Positions 1-18,330 of a stretch of DNA of 64,000 nt are shown here, piece by piece. Numbering within the stretch: the first letter of the stretch is position 1; each line of letters starts with the position of its first letter. The notes beneath the pieces are model-generated. The model was not told the DNA's origin, did no database searches, and saw only the letters and a list, made by a program, of their open reading frames with translations. Source of the DNA: the human T2T-CHM13v2.0 reference genome, Homo sapiens; the NCBI RefSeq assembly GCF_009914755.1, contig NC_060927.1; one strand, 5' to 3'. The position numbers and the translations under genes were made by a program.

Positions 1-629
1 AAACTTCAATTTTTAAAAGTGGGGGAAAAAAACAGTATGTGTGAATTTTGGTATCCAAGGGGATACTAAAACCAATCTCCGGGCTGATACAGAAGGATGA
101 CTGTACTTGGAAATGATCTGGAATGTCTGTTTTAAAATGTCAGCAGGGGGCACCCCATTCAAGGATATAACACATTTTAAATAAAGGTGTTTAAATAAGT
201 ATTTCATTGATTCATTTTTAATGAGCATACCATGAGCCTTCTCAAAGTATTAAATACTCAACCATTACCTAAAAATCCTATTTTTTATTACCAGATTTTA
301 CTTTGGGAGAGTAACATTAGAAGATGTATAGTAAGAACTACCCTTATTATTAAGCATTTTCTAAACTTCTATTGGTTCACCCATATTTCACCAACATAGA
401 AGAATAATTATTATCATACCAGTGCCACAATCCACAAAATCCTTTCGCCTCCATTTTTTCATGTGCCTGTCCTAACAATCATGAGATAAGCAAGCTTGAT
501 GATAATAACTACAACTTCTACAACCCCAACCCCATTGTAAATGAAATACCCACTAAGAATCAGGCACTATACAAGGTATCTCATATATTTACCTCATTCA
601 AAGTTGAATAATTACCAAAAATCTATGAA

Positions 630-760
630 GCAGTTATCCCATCCCAATTTTACAGATGAGGAAACTGAGGCTCAGCAATTAAAGTACTTGGCCCAGAAAG
701 CTGATCTTTGATCCACACCCAGGTCTGTCTGAATCCTAAACCTATGCCATTTCCTTGTCC
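630..760 (-). mobile_element. MIR
   Basis: Core ttttacagatgaggaaactgaggctcag. Confidence 0.75.
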
Positions 761-1087
761 CACCCACAGTCCCCAGGAAGCAGAGATTGAGAAAAAGATA
801 ATCATTTGGCCAAGTCTTATTGGCAAACAGAACCCAGAGCCTTCTAACACTTGATCTACTGTGCTCTCCACCTGGTATGTTGCTTCTGTAAAAAGCAAGG
901 ACACTTCCTTCCATCGGGAGTTTATAAATCATAATCCCATTAGATTGTAAATAACATCTAGGGAAGCTATGTGCTACATGAGGGAAAGATAAGGGTGGCC
1001 AAGGGAAACTTCGAGGAAGTATAACTAAATTAATACACAGGGATCAGGGTTTAAGTATTTTATAATCAATACTCAAAACAGTAACAG

Positions 1088-1225
1088 TTAGCCAGGCACA
1101 GTGGCTCACACCTGTAATCCTAACACTTTGGGAGTCAAAGATGGGAGAATCACTTGAGCCCAGGAGTTCAAAACCAGCCTGTGCAACATAGTGAGAGACC
1201 TTGTCTCTAAGAAAATAAAAAAACA
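1088..1225 (+). mobile_element. FLAM / Alu left monomer
   Basis: Monomer with A tail; TSD aaaca(g/a)taacagtta. Confidence 0.85.
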
Positions 1226-1479
1226 ATAACAGTTAATAAAGTTTCCAGGAGTACCTTAGATAATCCCAGAATTGTATTTGTAATATTAGGAGAAGGGCTA
1301 TTTTTAATATTCTAAAATTTATCATTGGAATGCCCATAAAAATTGCCTATGAGTAGAGTCATCATTACATCAGAATAATTTATGATAATTATTTAGGACT
1401 CTGCTTTTGATAAATATGTGCTCTGTAACTACTTAATAAAGTCATGAAAAATAATTTTTAAAATATAAATGTTACTTAC

Positions 1480-1526
1480 ATATCCCAGTTTGGAGCTATC
1501 CGCAAATGCTGGATTAGCAATTGGAA
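1480..1526 (-). CDS. ULK4: ULK4 exon 16 (47 nt, FQLLIQHLRIAPNWDI)
   Basis: ttctag|TTC acceptor and AT|gtaagt donor. Confidence 0.95.
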
Positions 1527-2125
1527 CTAGAATAAGAAATTTAAGTGTAAAGAAAAGAAAAAATTAAAATGTTTAAGTCACAAAACACAGAAAATGACAG
1601 CAAAGTTAACAGCTCAGGACTTTATACAAAGGAAATTTACACTGTACACCAAAAATGGTATTTACTAAATTACAAAGGCACTAGTATACGAATAAGATTA
1701 AAATAAAAACTAAGAACAGTATTTTTAGTTTCTCCTACCACTTTATATTCGCTAAATGACTGCCCTTACCTGATAGACACACACCAACTATCAAAAAAAG
1801 TAACCTTAATACTATCCTGGAAGCAAATGAACTTAAATTTTTTCAAGCCAATTCCCAAATGAGGGACCACTATAGAAAACACCTCCGAACCACTGTAATT
1901 CCTCTCTGAGGATGACTTCAAAAACTCTGCCAATCGATGCTTAAACATGAGCCAAAAGAAACAAAAACCAAAAAAACTCTGACAAATTCCCTTGAGCTTA
2001 CCAACAGACCAAGACAGTCCAAAAAGTAATATTCCCAGGGGAAGAGGAAAAAAATGTCTTAGAGGATTGATGTCTTCCTTCAATGTCACATCAGAAACCC
2101 TGCAGTTTACCAGATGACCCAGTAA

Positions 2126-2552
<427 letters not shown>

Positions 2553-2783
2553 TAAAATGGAAACCTGAGTATTACAAACAAACAAACAAAATAAGTTCAA
2601 AATCACCATCTACTGTCATCTACTTTAGGACCTAAGGATTAAGCAGAGGATAATTTTCATAAACCTAAAATCGTGATAAATCAGTTTTTTTGTGGTAGTT
2701 AAATCAAATTGTTATTTTAGCACTTGTTTGAGCCTCTATAAAAACACAAATTAAAATGCATAAGGCATGTCACACAGGCTTAC

Positions 2784-2965
2784 CAGGGGGGAATGGAGGA
2801 GCCTGGTGGCCACCTCCTGGTGACCAGCCACCACGCACAAATAGCAAAGGAGATTCAGCTTGGCTCGGGAGGCCCCCATGCTCTTCTCAGTGGAGTCGAT
2901 CTGCGAGCACACTTGTTGCAAAAAGTCATTCCAATCTTGATCTTTCAGAAATAATAACTTATCCA
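2784..2965 (-). CDS. ULK4: ULK4 exon 15 (182 nt, VDKLLFLKDQDWNDFLQQVC...RLLHSPL)
   Basis: ggcag|TG acceptor and CTG|gtaagc donor; visible in ORF 2751..2996. Confidence 0.97.
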
Positions 2966-4393
2966 CTGCCATGGAAAGAAAATAATAAAAGTACATATGA
3001 TGAGAAAAAGAACTGCTGGAAACATTACATAAGAAATAAACACAGAATTACGACAGCTAAGATGAGGACAAACATTACACTGTCAAAACCAAAAATACTC
3101 CAAAGATGACACTATTTTTATTCGTCCTTCTATATTCCTAATCTCTTTATCTATCCACGGAAACTTTTTAACCACTTCAATGGAAAACTATACTTTCAAA
3201 TAAAGCAGATGTCTAAAGCAGAACTGTCCCACAACCTACACTATAACAAAATGCAAAGTTCAATACAACTGGAGTAAAAGACAAAAGAGCCTTTGTATAA
3301 ATAAATCAACTCTCAAATATTGAGAAAAGCACAAATCCTACAGTTCTTAAAAAGTTCCAATAAAATTATTGTAAAAAAAATAACGAGAATAACATGATAG
3401 CTAAAAATCACCTGAAATTCCTACCTCCAAATCCCTATACAAAAAAAAGGCAAAATCTAGGAAATGTGATACCCCCTAAAATTAACATATTTTTGGCTGA
3501 TCTCTATCTTTAGACAAAATAAATTGTAAATATAATCTCCTAAATAACTCAAAGAAGAAAAGGGAAATAGTATTTCCAGGTGATAATTCTCTAGGTTTGC
3601 GTAAATAGTCCTACTTGGCACTGAAAGCACTATTAATAATACTTTGCTTCACTTGGCCTTTCAAAAACGTCCTTCTACACAGTTTCTTTTTTGTTTTTAT
3701 CAGTAATTAAGTTGACCAATATAAACCCTTAGCTGGTTTATTTAAACCTAAATATATTTTAAATTTACTTCAAATCATAGATTCTACTCTAGCCACGATG
3801 AATAATTTTCCCCAAATCGAGTTTAACAGCTTAAAATATAATTTGTTAAACGAAAAAACCAATTTAAGGTATGTAAAAATTTCTGATGGTCACCCTAAAT
3901 AAGACTTTCATTAGCTCAACAGAAATGTAATAATTATCCCTTAAGTATCTCCACTCCCACACCACCTCCACAGTCATGAACCACCTAGTCCCATTCTCAA
4001 ATGTCCTGGTCCCTCTAATAGAATCCCAATCCTTCATTGTTGTCCCCAACCCTGTGCACCTATACCAGCCATAAATGGTGGAAATTCAACCAGCTCTAAG
4101 GGAAGGGAGGAGAAGACCTCCCACCCACTCTACAGGAAAACTTGCCCAGATCTACAGGAACCTCCCCACCCACAATAGGACTGGGCAGCCCAGACTCAGC
4201 TAAGAAATGTCAACAGCTGGCACAAATGAATTACAGATTGTTTACAATTCGTGTAACACTGCCCCAAGAATATAGCCAATTGTCAAGACAAAATAAATTT
4301 AGTTATTCACATATATTCTATTTGCAAATAAATTTCATATTTGTATCTGTATACAAAGAGTCTACATGTTCGATAAGTCCTTTATGATCCTAC

Positions 4394-4454
4394 CTGAATA
4401 TGTTGGTAGATGCAATATTTTTGCATCAAATTTAACTGGTGGCTGTTTCATTAT
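4394..4454 (-). CDS. ULK4: ULK4 exon 14 (61 nt, IMKQPPVKFDAKILHLPTYS)
   Basis: ccacag|ATA acceptor and G|gtagga donor. Confidence 0.95.
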
Positions 4455-4739
4455 CTGTGGTTAAAAAAAAAAGAAAGCTTTTGAGACAATTTTTAAGATG
4501 GATATCTGTCTCCTTATATGTCCCTTATGTCAGATAATAAATCAATGAGGACAAAAAAAGAATGTGCAAAATTTGTTACCAAAAAGAATAAGAACAATGA
4601 CTTTTCGGATTAAAACACACAAATATAGATAATATTTTTTATAATCATTTCAATTGATATCTGTAATAAAATAAAGCTTCATAGAAAACATTCACTCCTA
4701 TCTTGGCTTACTTTTTAGCTAATTTACCTCTAATTAGAA

Positions 4740-5130
4740 ATTCAGTCATTCAACAAATATCTATTGGGTACCTGCCAAGGTAAGGCTCTATGCCAAGTGC
4801 TAATGGGGATACAAAGATATAAAAGACACAATCCTATTTTCAGAGAGCTGACATCCTAGTTGGGAAGATGAGACAAACATTCGATAAACAACAAAATATT
4901 TCACAATTCAAAACATGAAGGACATAACTACAGAGAAAACACTGGACAGAAAGAATTTTTTTGTAAATAGTAGTTTAGAGAATACAGCAAGCACTTTAGT
5001 TGATATAGTTAGGACTGGGTTTACAGAGAGGTAGAAGGTGGGTTGAGGTCTTGAAGGATGGTTAATGGTTATATCAGAGAAGACACCACTCCAGGAAGCC
5101 ATAATAGCATGAATTGGAAAGTGCACAATT
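4740..5130 (-). mobile_element. L2 3' end fragment
   Basis: ttcagtcattcaacaaatatctattgggtacct...tatgccaagtgct. Confidence 0.65.
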
Positions 5131-5461
5131 ATTAATCAAGTATTATGCCACTCCAATTACCACATTCTACTGCCCTCCAAAAGGAGGAACAGATAGGGAT
5201 TATCCTGCCTGACTAACACTATACCAATTTTAATTCCCAGGTTTTGCTAACTATACTACAGACCTATAAGATGTGAACATTAAGAGCAGCTGGGCAAAAG
5301 GTATACAGGAACTCTCAATTATTTTTGAAACTTTTCTCTAAGACTAAAAGTAGTTTAAAATTAAAAGTTAAACACAAAAATTTCTACTGATTAAGGCTTC
5401 CCAGAAACTATCAAATATGGTTATAAGAGGGAAAAAAAGAAACACAGAATATTGTCTAAAG

Positions 5462-5683
5462 CAAGCCTGTCCAACCCGTAGCCCATGGGCTGCATGCAGC
5501 CCAAGACGGCTTTGAAAGTGGCCCAACACAAATTTGTAAACCTTCTTAAAACATTGTAAGATTTTTTTTTGCAATTTTTTTTGTTTTTTAGTTCATCAGC
5601 TATCGTTAGTGTATTTTATGTGTGCCCCAAGACAATTCTTCTTCCAATGTGGCCCAGGGAAGCCAAAAGATTGGACACCCCTG
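5462..5683 (-). mobile_element. MER30 hAT MITE
   Basis: caagcctgtccaacc...gaagccaaaagattggacacccctg terminal inverted repeats. Confidence 0.88.
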
Positions 5684-6686
5684 GTAAAGATAACACAAAT
5701 TGTTCTAGAAAGCCCACGTTGAAAATGCCCCAATGCTCATCAAACTTAGCATAATAAAGTTACTCTGCCAGACATATGAACTCACAAAAAGAAGTAGCTC
5801 CATTATGAAAAATAGCTAAATAATCTATATGAAATGCTGTCTATCTAGAAAATAAATAAGAATTCAAGAACCTTCATGGTCTAAACCACAGTAACGTTCC
5901 CAATGAGATAAGAAAAAAGAGTCATGAATTAATACAGAAAAAGACATTTATAAATAAGAAAAAGAAGCAGGAAAATTAAAATAGAGAAAAAGTAGTGGAA
6001 TGTGAGTATGTTGGGGAGCTGGAAGTCAAGACAAAACAGAGGGACTTAGAAATGAATTTGTTTTTTAAAGTAGATACTCATTATCCCCTAGCAATAAAGT
6101 ATTATATTCCAAAAGACAAGAAGCAAAAAAACTCACACTGGTTTAGAAGTACATTGTGAACTACAACTTCGCAAGCTCCCAGAATGTCTCCCCATCGTCT
6201 CCCCTGCAGTCTTAACAACCTGTGAGAGGGTAGGGCTTCTGTGTGATCTGCCTGCCCAGCCCAGCCTGGTAAGCAGTGCCCTCTGACTGCTTGTGCCTTC
6301 GAAATACATCAGAGACTAGAATATTTAGAGTGATTCACATTAGTGCATACGGAGAAACAAAAGGACTGAGAGCTAAGGTCTGAGGTCAAGAGGCTGGCAA
6401 CCCCTCCATGGCATGTGGAAGAAGCAGTAGTGAGAGGCAGCAGAGCTGACTCATTCAAAACAGAGGGGAGAAAACTTAGAACTCCAGTGAAGTGGAAGTG
6501 AAGGCAGAGGAAAGGGCTGCAGACAGAGGGGGAGCTGCAAATGCAGACATGCAGCACAAATGACACAGAAGCAGACAAGAGAAACAGGAAAGATTATACA
6601 GTAAATAATATTCTGAATGAAAATCTCATGCAGATTTCAGATCTCAGTAAAGTCTACAACTCAGTTGTCAGAGTGTCTTTCTGCAC

Positions 6687-6791
6687 CTTTGGATTGTCGA
6701 TAATGGGGGTGACAACAAGATCTGAGTCCGTGTAGATAAGCTCTCTCATCTGGGATTCCAGGTCCTGCTGACTCAGGTGTCCACTTGTAAT
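6687..6791 (-). CDS. ULK4: ULK4 exon 13 (105 nt, ITSGHLSQQDLESQMRELIYTDSDLVVTPIIDNPK)
   Basis: tttcag|ATT acceptor and AAG|gtgcag donor. Confidence 0.95.
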
Positions 6792-7122
6792 CTGAAATGA
6801 GAACAAAAATTAGACTTTGTTTCTGCGACTAATGTAGATCTTTAAAACACTGAACCAGTAAGATGCTGAGGAAGACACCACTGTAAAATATCACCTGTAT
6901 CAATGTACTTCAACTGCTATTCAAGATGGTTGCAGTCTCATTTGATTTTCACAAAAATCCTAAACTGAAGGCACCATCATTCCCATTTTACAGATAAAAA
7001 TATAAAACTCTGAGAAAGTAACTGAATTGCTCATGTTACCACTAAGTCTGGCTAGGACTAGAAAAAATATCTTTACAATTCAATGTTCTAAACTGTGATG
7101 AGGCAAATTGGTTTTTCCATAA

Positions 7123-7779
<657 letters not shown>

Positions 7780-8269
7780 TAATCAATTTATTTCTGCTTT
7801 ACAGAACATTCAATGTGAAATTGAAGCTGTAACATAAAAAAAATTTTCAGACTTAAATACAGACATGCTACCTAAGTATTAAACCTCAATTATTTATTAA
7901 GCCTAGTTAGAGTTGATACATAATGAAATGAATCAGCAGATATTCACCATCAGTTATTCCTTTGAGATGGTTCTTTGTGCTCTATTTAAACATAATTTGT
8001 ATTCCTAGTGCTATGCCTCAGTATTTCCCAACAGGGAAAAAAAAAAGAGAGAGAGAATTTATGCTTAAGAACTTTAAAAGAAACAACGGCTAGCAAACTA
8101 AATAAAATAGAAAAGTAAATCAGTGAAGTAAGGAATAAGGAAAATAAATTACCCAAAACTGAGTGAGGAAGGGGCATGGATAAAGGAACAGAGGAGTTAG
8201 CTAAGAAAGTTCCTGGAAACCCAAGCTGCCCCATGCAACTCAGACAAAAGACAAGAAAACACAAAAAGA

Positions 8270-8644
<375 letters not shown>

Positions 8645-8650
8645 TTAAAG

Positions 8651-8755
8651 AAAAAAAAAGATGGACTTTCATGGTAAAAAGACAGAGGTAAACTCACATT
8701 GCCAAAAAAAAGATGGACTTTAAAGGCAAAAAGACAGGGGCAAACTTAACATTGC
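8651..8755. repeat. Diverged ~52-bp tandem duplication
   Basis: aaaagatggacttt...aaaaagacag...aaact...acattgc twice. Confidence 0.85.
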
Positions 8756-9274
8756 TGCTTGTTAATTATGTGCTCTTAGGGAAGATAAAAAAAGCTTTGT
8801 TTTCTTCATCTATAACAAAGATTAAAACAAACAAGCTTTCAGGTTTGTGAAGAATAAACACAAAGCACTTAAAACAATGCCTGGCACTGCTTGAGAGAAG
8901 ACAGTGATAGTTAATGAAGACACTTAAATATATACATCATACTTGCTTCAGTGGAGAATGGATGGAGGGGAGCAATGGAGAACTGAGGGGACCAGTTAGC
9001 AGGTTACTGCAAAGCCTGGATGGAAAGGATGGTGTCTTGAGTGAGGAAGGGGGCAGAAGGAAAGAAAAGAAGTCAATGATAGAGCAAAGGGCTGGATATC
9101 CCTGCTGATTTAACACTGAGGAGGAACTGCTAGTAAATTATATTGGTCCGTAAAGTAAGACATCAATATTTGAAAGAGGTGGCCAAATTATCTTTACGTA
9201 TAGATAATATAACTGAACATCCAAAAAGCCAAAATTAATCAATGGGAAAACTCTTAGAAATAACGTAAGAATTA

Positions 9275-9573
9275 GGCCAGGCATGGTGGCTCACACCTGC
9301 AATCCCAGCACTTTGGGAGGTCCAGGTGGGCGGATCACCTGTGGCCAGGAATTCGAGACCAGTCTGGCCAAAATGGTGAAACCCCATCTGTCCTAAAAAT
9401 ACAAAAATTAGCTGGGTGTGGTGGCGGGTGCCTGTGGTCCCAGCTACTCAAGAGGCTGAGGCAGGAGAATCACTTGAACCCGGGAGGCAGAGGCGCAATG
9501 AGCCAAGATCACACCGCTGCACTCCAGTCTGGGCAAATAGAGCGAGACTCTGTCTCAAAGAAAAAAAAAAAAA
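9275..9573 (+). mobile_element. AluS
   Basis: Full dimer with A tail. Confidence 0.92.
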
Positions 9574-9831
9574 ATGTAAGATGAGTAAGGTGGACCAATT
9601 AAAAAATTGTATGCAAAAATTAGTTTCCTACAGGTAAACTGAATGTATGCACGAATGCCATATAACAAATATCCCACTCACAACAGCAAAAATATATAAA
9701 ATAAAATGTTCAGGAATAAACTAAATGATCAATAATTGCAATCAGATCATAATCATTAAATGAAAATAATTGTTATAAAATTATATTCCCTTGTTTCAAA
9801 ATGAACACATATGTATAAAACCAGAAGCAGT

Positions 9832-9932
9832 AATATCAAAATGTATGAGACATATGAGGTTACAATGAACACAATCATGCCAATATCAAAATGTATGAGA
9901 CGTATGAGGTTACAGTGAACTACAATTGTGCC
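9832..9932. repeat. ~50-bp tandem duplication
   Basis: aatatcaaaatgtatgagac(a/g)tatgaggttaca(a/g)tgaac twice. Confidence 0.9.
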
Positions 9933-10120
9933 ACTGCACTCCAGCCTGGGCAAAAGGCTCTTAAAAAAAAAAAAAAAAAAGTAATCAGTGTTTACTCGGG
10001 AATTATATCGTAAATAATTTTTCTATTTTCTTTGTCCTCTTTTACATTTTACAAGTTTTTTACAATTATATATGTTTTGTAATAGAATAAAAAGTATCAT
10101 TTAAAAATTATAAAACATAA

Positions 10121-10437
10121 GGCCAAGCACAGTGGCTCACACCTGTAATCCCAGCTCTTTGGGAGGCCAAGGCCAGCAGATCACTTGAGTCCAGGAGTCT
10201 GAGACCAGCCTGGGCAACATGGGGAAACCTCTACTAAAAATACAAAAAATTAGCCAGGCATGGTGGCGCATACTTGTAGTCACAGTTACTCAGGAGGCTG
10301 AGATGAGAGAATCACCTAAGCCCAACAAGTTGAGGCTGCAATGAGCGACGATCATGCCCCTCCACTCCAGCCTAGGTCACAGGAGTGAGGCTCTGTCTCA
10401 AAAATAAATAAATAAATAAATAGATAGATAGATAGAT
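10121..10437 (+). mobile_element. AluJ with (TAAA)n(TAGA)n tail
   Basis: Full dimer with a microsatellite tail. Confidence 0.9.
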
Positions 10438-11762
10438 ATGTAAAATAAACTACCTTAGGTATTCACATTATTGATTATATTTTCTCAATAGAATGATTAT
10501 ATACTCTTCTTTATAACCATCTGCCAGAAGAGCTTCAACATCTATCGCATTTCAAAATGAATTTTTTAATTTACATTGATTTTCTATTTCACATAACCAA
10601 AAAATTAGCACAGTGAGATTTTATTATAACCCATTTATACTAAATTTCAAAGCAGAAATAAGCTTCACATGGTCCAAATACACTTCACATTACATCAAAA
10701 CTACAGTAAAAACTAAAAGCAATTATATTTGTCAAGCAATAAGTAGCATAAAAATAACTTAGAATTAATTCAAAGTAGTTCTGCACTCAACACAACTATG
10801 ATTGAAAGAAATTAAAGAAAACCTAAGTAAGTATAAATACATCCTGTGTTCGTGGAGGAACACTTAACATTGTTAAAATGGCAGTACTTCCTAAATTGAT
10901 CTACACATTCAATGCAACTGTGATTAAAATCCCAGCTGGCTCCTTTGAAGAAACTGACAAGCTGATCTTAAAATTCATATGGAAATGCAAGTGACCCAGA
11001 ACAGCCAAAACCACCTTAAAAATTTTTTTGGAGGATTCATACTTTCTGATTTCAAAGCTTACTAAACAGCTACAGTAATCAAGAGTGTGCCACTGGTATA
11101 AGGACAGATGAATAGATAACAGAACAGAATCCAGAAATAAACCTTCACATATACAGTCAATCGATCTTCAGCAAGGGTTCCAAGACAATTCAATGGGGAA
11201 AGAATAAGCTTTTCAACAGATAGCGCTGAGACAACTGGATGTTTCGATGCAAAACAATGAAGCTATACCCCCCTACTTCATGCCACATGCAAAAATTAAC
11301 TCAAATGGATAAAATAGCTAAATCTAAGAGATACTAATAAAACTATAAAACTCTTAGAAGAAAACATAGGCAGAAACTTTTATGAGCTGGGAGTAGCAAT
11401 GGTTTTTTTAGATATTACACCAAAAGCACAAGCAGCAAAAAACACAAACGAAAAAAGATAAATTGGACTATATCAAAATTTAAAACTTTTGTGCTTCAAA
11501 GGACACCATCAAGAAAGAAAAAAGACAATCCAGAAAAAGGGAGAAAATTGTTATAACTCCTATCTAGAATATGTAAAAAATTCTTACAACTAAATAATAA
11601 AGAGATAAATAACCCAATTAAAAATAGGTTAAATTTTTGAATAAATATTTCTCCAAAGAAAATAGACAAAATGGCCAATAAACACATAAAAAGATACTCA
11701 ACATCATTAGCCATCAGGTAAATGCAAATCAACACCACTAAGACATAGAAATTCACACCTAC

Positions 11763-12517
<755 letters not shown>

Positions 12518-12689
12518 TTAAACAAGGAGTTAACACATGACACAGCAATTCCACTCCCAAATATTCACCAACTGATGACTGGAAAAAAAAAAAGATGTTG
12601 TATATACAACAAATTATTTGACAATAAAAAGGAATCTAGTACTGATACATGCTACAACTTGGATAAATCTTGAAAATATATGTTAAAAA

Positions 12690-13049
<360 letters not shown>

Positions 13050-13260
13050 TTATAGAAAATGCACAGAACAAGTAAAATAATAAAGACAAAAAAGACAAAC
13101 GTATACTAGTGGTTGCCTAGTACAAGCATGGAAAAGTACTGGAGAAACATGGGGTGGCGGGGGCAGTGACTGCTAATGGGTAGTTTCTTTGTTGGATGAT
13201 GAAAGAATTCTAAAACTGTGGTGATAGTTGCACACCTCTGAATATGCTAAAGGTCCCTGA

Positions 13261-13568
<308 letters not shown>

Positions 13569-13822
13569 GAATTGTTCACCTTAAATAGGTAAATTGTATG
13601 GTATGTCAACTGTATCTCAAGGAAAGTCCTACCAAAAAGAACCATGAAGCAACTAAATGGGATATCTCTCTCAGAGTACTTACAAGAAAAACCTATAATG
13701 ATCAGCAAAGATGACCTTATTGTAAATTTTGTAATTATTAACATAATTCATTTACCAACTTACAATTATTCTTGTGAGCTTCTACATCTTATGTAGGAAG
13801 AAAATTTCCCAAGTCTGCTCAC

Positions 13823-13919
13823 CTTGGTCAGAGGAGAAGTCTTCTGTGGTGAACAGTGAGTCATATCCTCACCAGGACTTACTTCCACTGCAGTGCTAGT
13901 TCTGGGAGTAGGACGAGAA
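13823..13919 (-). CDS. ULK4: ULK4 exon 12 (97 nt, SRPTPRTSTAVEVSPGEDMTHCSPQKTSPLTK)
   Basis: ttttcag|T acceptor and AAG|gtgagc donor. Confidence 0.96.
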
Positions 13920-14364
13920 CTGAAAAATACAAACCAGTTAACATTATTCAATTCCAGACAGTTTATTCTCTGTTTACTGTTTTCTGGAAGAAAACAAGTC
14001 TCATGAAAAATGGTAGAGTATGATGATTCCATATACTGTCACTAAAAAAGTCTAGATCTAATTTATGTTTATATAATTTTTATAACTGCTATTAATTTCC
14101 TGGCTAATGTATTATTTCTTTTATTTATACAGTATTTTCCTTTTTAACTAGAAACCTTCAAGCATTAATTTTTATAAATGTCTTCTGGTATAGGCAGGAT
14201 TAACATAAATAAAATAGATCAGATATTCTACAAAGAATGAAAAATATTTGTAGCTATATATCATTAAGTATTTGAAAAGGAAATTACCCTGGCACCTATT
14301 TAAAATAAGTAACAAGGGAGTTACAATCCATACCTATTTGTAATGATTCTTCCTACACATATAA

Positions 14365-14721
<357 letters not shown>

Positions 14722-14787
14722 TGAGCTTTTCACATTTTAAGAAATCCTTCCCATCAGATCATTAATATTTTTTAATTATTTCCTTCA

Positions 14788-15297
<510 letters not shown>

Positions 15298-15300
15298 TCA

Positions 15301-15782
<482 letters not shown>

Positions 15783-15880
15783 TCAGGAATTTTATCATTA
15801 TAACCACTATTTCATGAAATAAAACTATTTCTCTACGTTAAAAAATATTTTAAATACTTTAAATATTTACATACTACTAA

Positions 15881-16174
<294 letters not shown>

Positions 16175-16295
16175 CATACTACAAAATTTTTTAATGCATT
16201 GATCCTAATTACTTTAAGATACCACTCTGACTTTAATTCTTTCAGTGATTACAAACATTATTCAAGCCTCACATATAGAAAAGTATTAAAAGAAA

Positions 16296-16687
<392 letters not shown>

Positions 16688-16706
16688 TTAACAACAACAA
16701 CAAAAA

Positions 16707-16960
16707 CTGGGTGCATTGGCAGGCAGATGGCTCAAACCCAGGAGTTTGAGACCAGCCTGAGCAACACGGCAAAACACCATCTCTACAAAAAAATTAGCCA
16801 GGCATGGTGGCACACACCTGTAGTCATAGCTACTTGAGAGGCTAAAGTGGCAAGATCACTTGAATCCAGGAGGCAGAGGTTACAATGAACCAAAATCACG
16901 CCACTGCACTCCAGCCTGGGCAATAGACGGAGATCTTGTCTCAAAAACAAAACAAACCAA
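16707..16960 (+). mobile_element. AluJ with a left-arm deletion
   Basis: Partial left arm, full right arm. Confidence 0.85.
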
Positions 16961-17296
16961 ACAAGCTGGACTTCTGAAATTTTAAGTTCAATTCTATTTT
17001 AAGTTAAAGAACAAAATGAAGAGGCATTAATTCTTACAAATGGAAATAATGAGTTGCTTTGGTAAAAAAATAAGTTGGTTTGGTTAAAAATTTTCAAAAA
17101 TCCTGTACATAGCAAAATCTACATTTCACTGGCCACGACCTAACTGTAACTTTGAAATTGGAGAGTGAAACTGGCATTTGGCACTAAAATTCCTGTTCTT
17201 TATCTCTGTGTAACAAAGTTTGCACCAAGATAGCAGATGCTTTAAGAAAATTTAACTTTTGTCTTGCATTGATCCCTCTTTTTTCATTTTACCTAC

Positions 17297-17366
17297 CTGA
17301 GAAGAAACATGGATTCATTCAATTGACCCTCAAGAGTACTCTTAGGCCGAAACTCAGTTGGATTTT
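17297..17366 (-). CDS. ULK4: ULK4 exon 11 (70 nt, ENPTEFRPKSTLEGQLNESMFLL)
   Basis: ctacag|AA acceptor and AG|gtaggt donor; preceded by a 154-bp intron. Confidence 0.95.
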
Positions 17367-17520
17367 CTGTAGCAGGAAAGTAATATGTTATCCAGAAAAG
17401 AACAAAAATATCATATGCAAGGCATAACGTACACAAAGATTTAAAGGGACATAACACTGAAATTAGGAACTCTCTCAAACAACATTCTAAGTAGCATGAA
17501 TGTGCTCAAATAAAACTTAC

Positions 17521-17639
17521 CTAGTCTGAAAGAGTGACCTAGTGGTTGACCACTCTTGTGCCCTTTTGCTTGTCTACTCTGAGAGTTCTGCAAAAGCTCC
17601 TTGGAATCTTGTGGCCCAGAACACTCCATAGTGTTTCTG
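17521..17639 (-). CDS. ULK4: ULK4 exon 10 (119 nt, RNTMECSGPQDSKELLQNSQ...HSFRL)
   Basis: aatag|CAG NAGNAG acceptor and G|gtaagt donor. Confidence 0.94.
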
Positions 17640-17850
17640 CTATTATTGGAGAAAACCAACACAATCAAACTTACTTTGGAGTTCTCTATAGTTTTATGTT
17701 AGAGAAAAAGAGGTTGGAGAAGATAATTAAATTACACATGACATTTAGCAAAGTTACAGAATCTCTTAACTTTATGCCTCCCTCATCCACATAGCCATCA
17801 AAGACCGGCAGGAAAGCTATGTCACTGTAGTCCCTCAAGATCCAGGCTAA

Positions 17851-18330
<480 letters not shown>

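Noticed and set aside
1-106. Possible Tigger/MER DNA transposon end (accaatctcc...gatgactgta)
   Set aside because: Too short and truncated by the window edge to assign.
2756-3109. 117-aa ORF antisense to exon 15
   Set aside because: Shadow of the GC-richer coding exon; no independent support.
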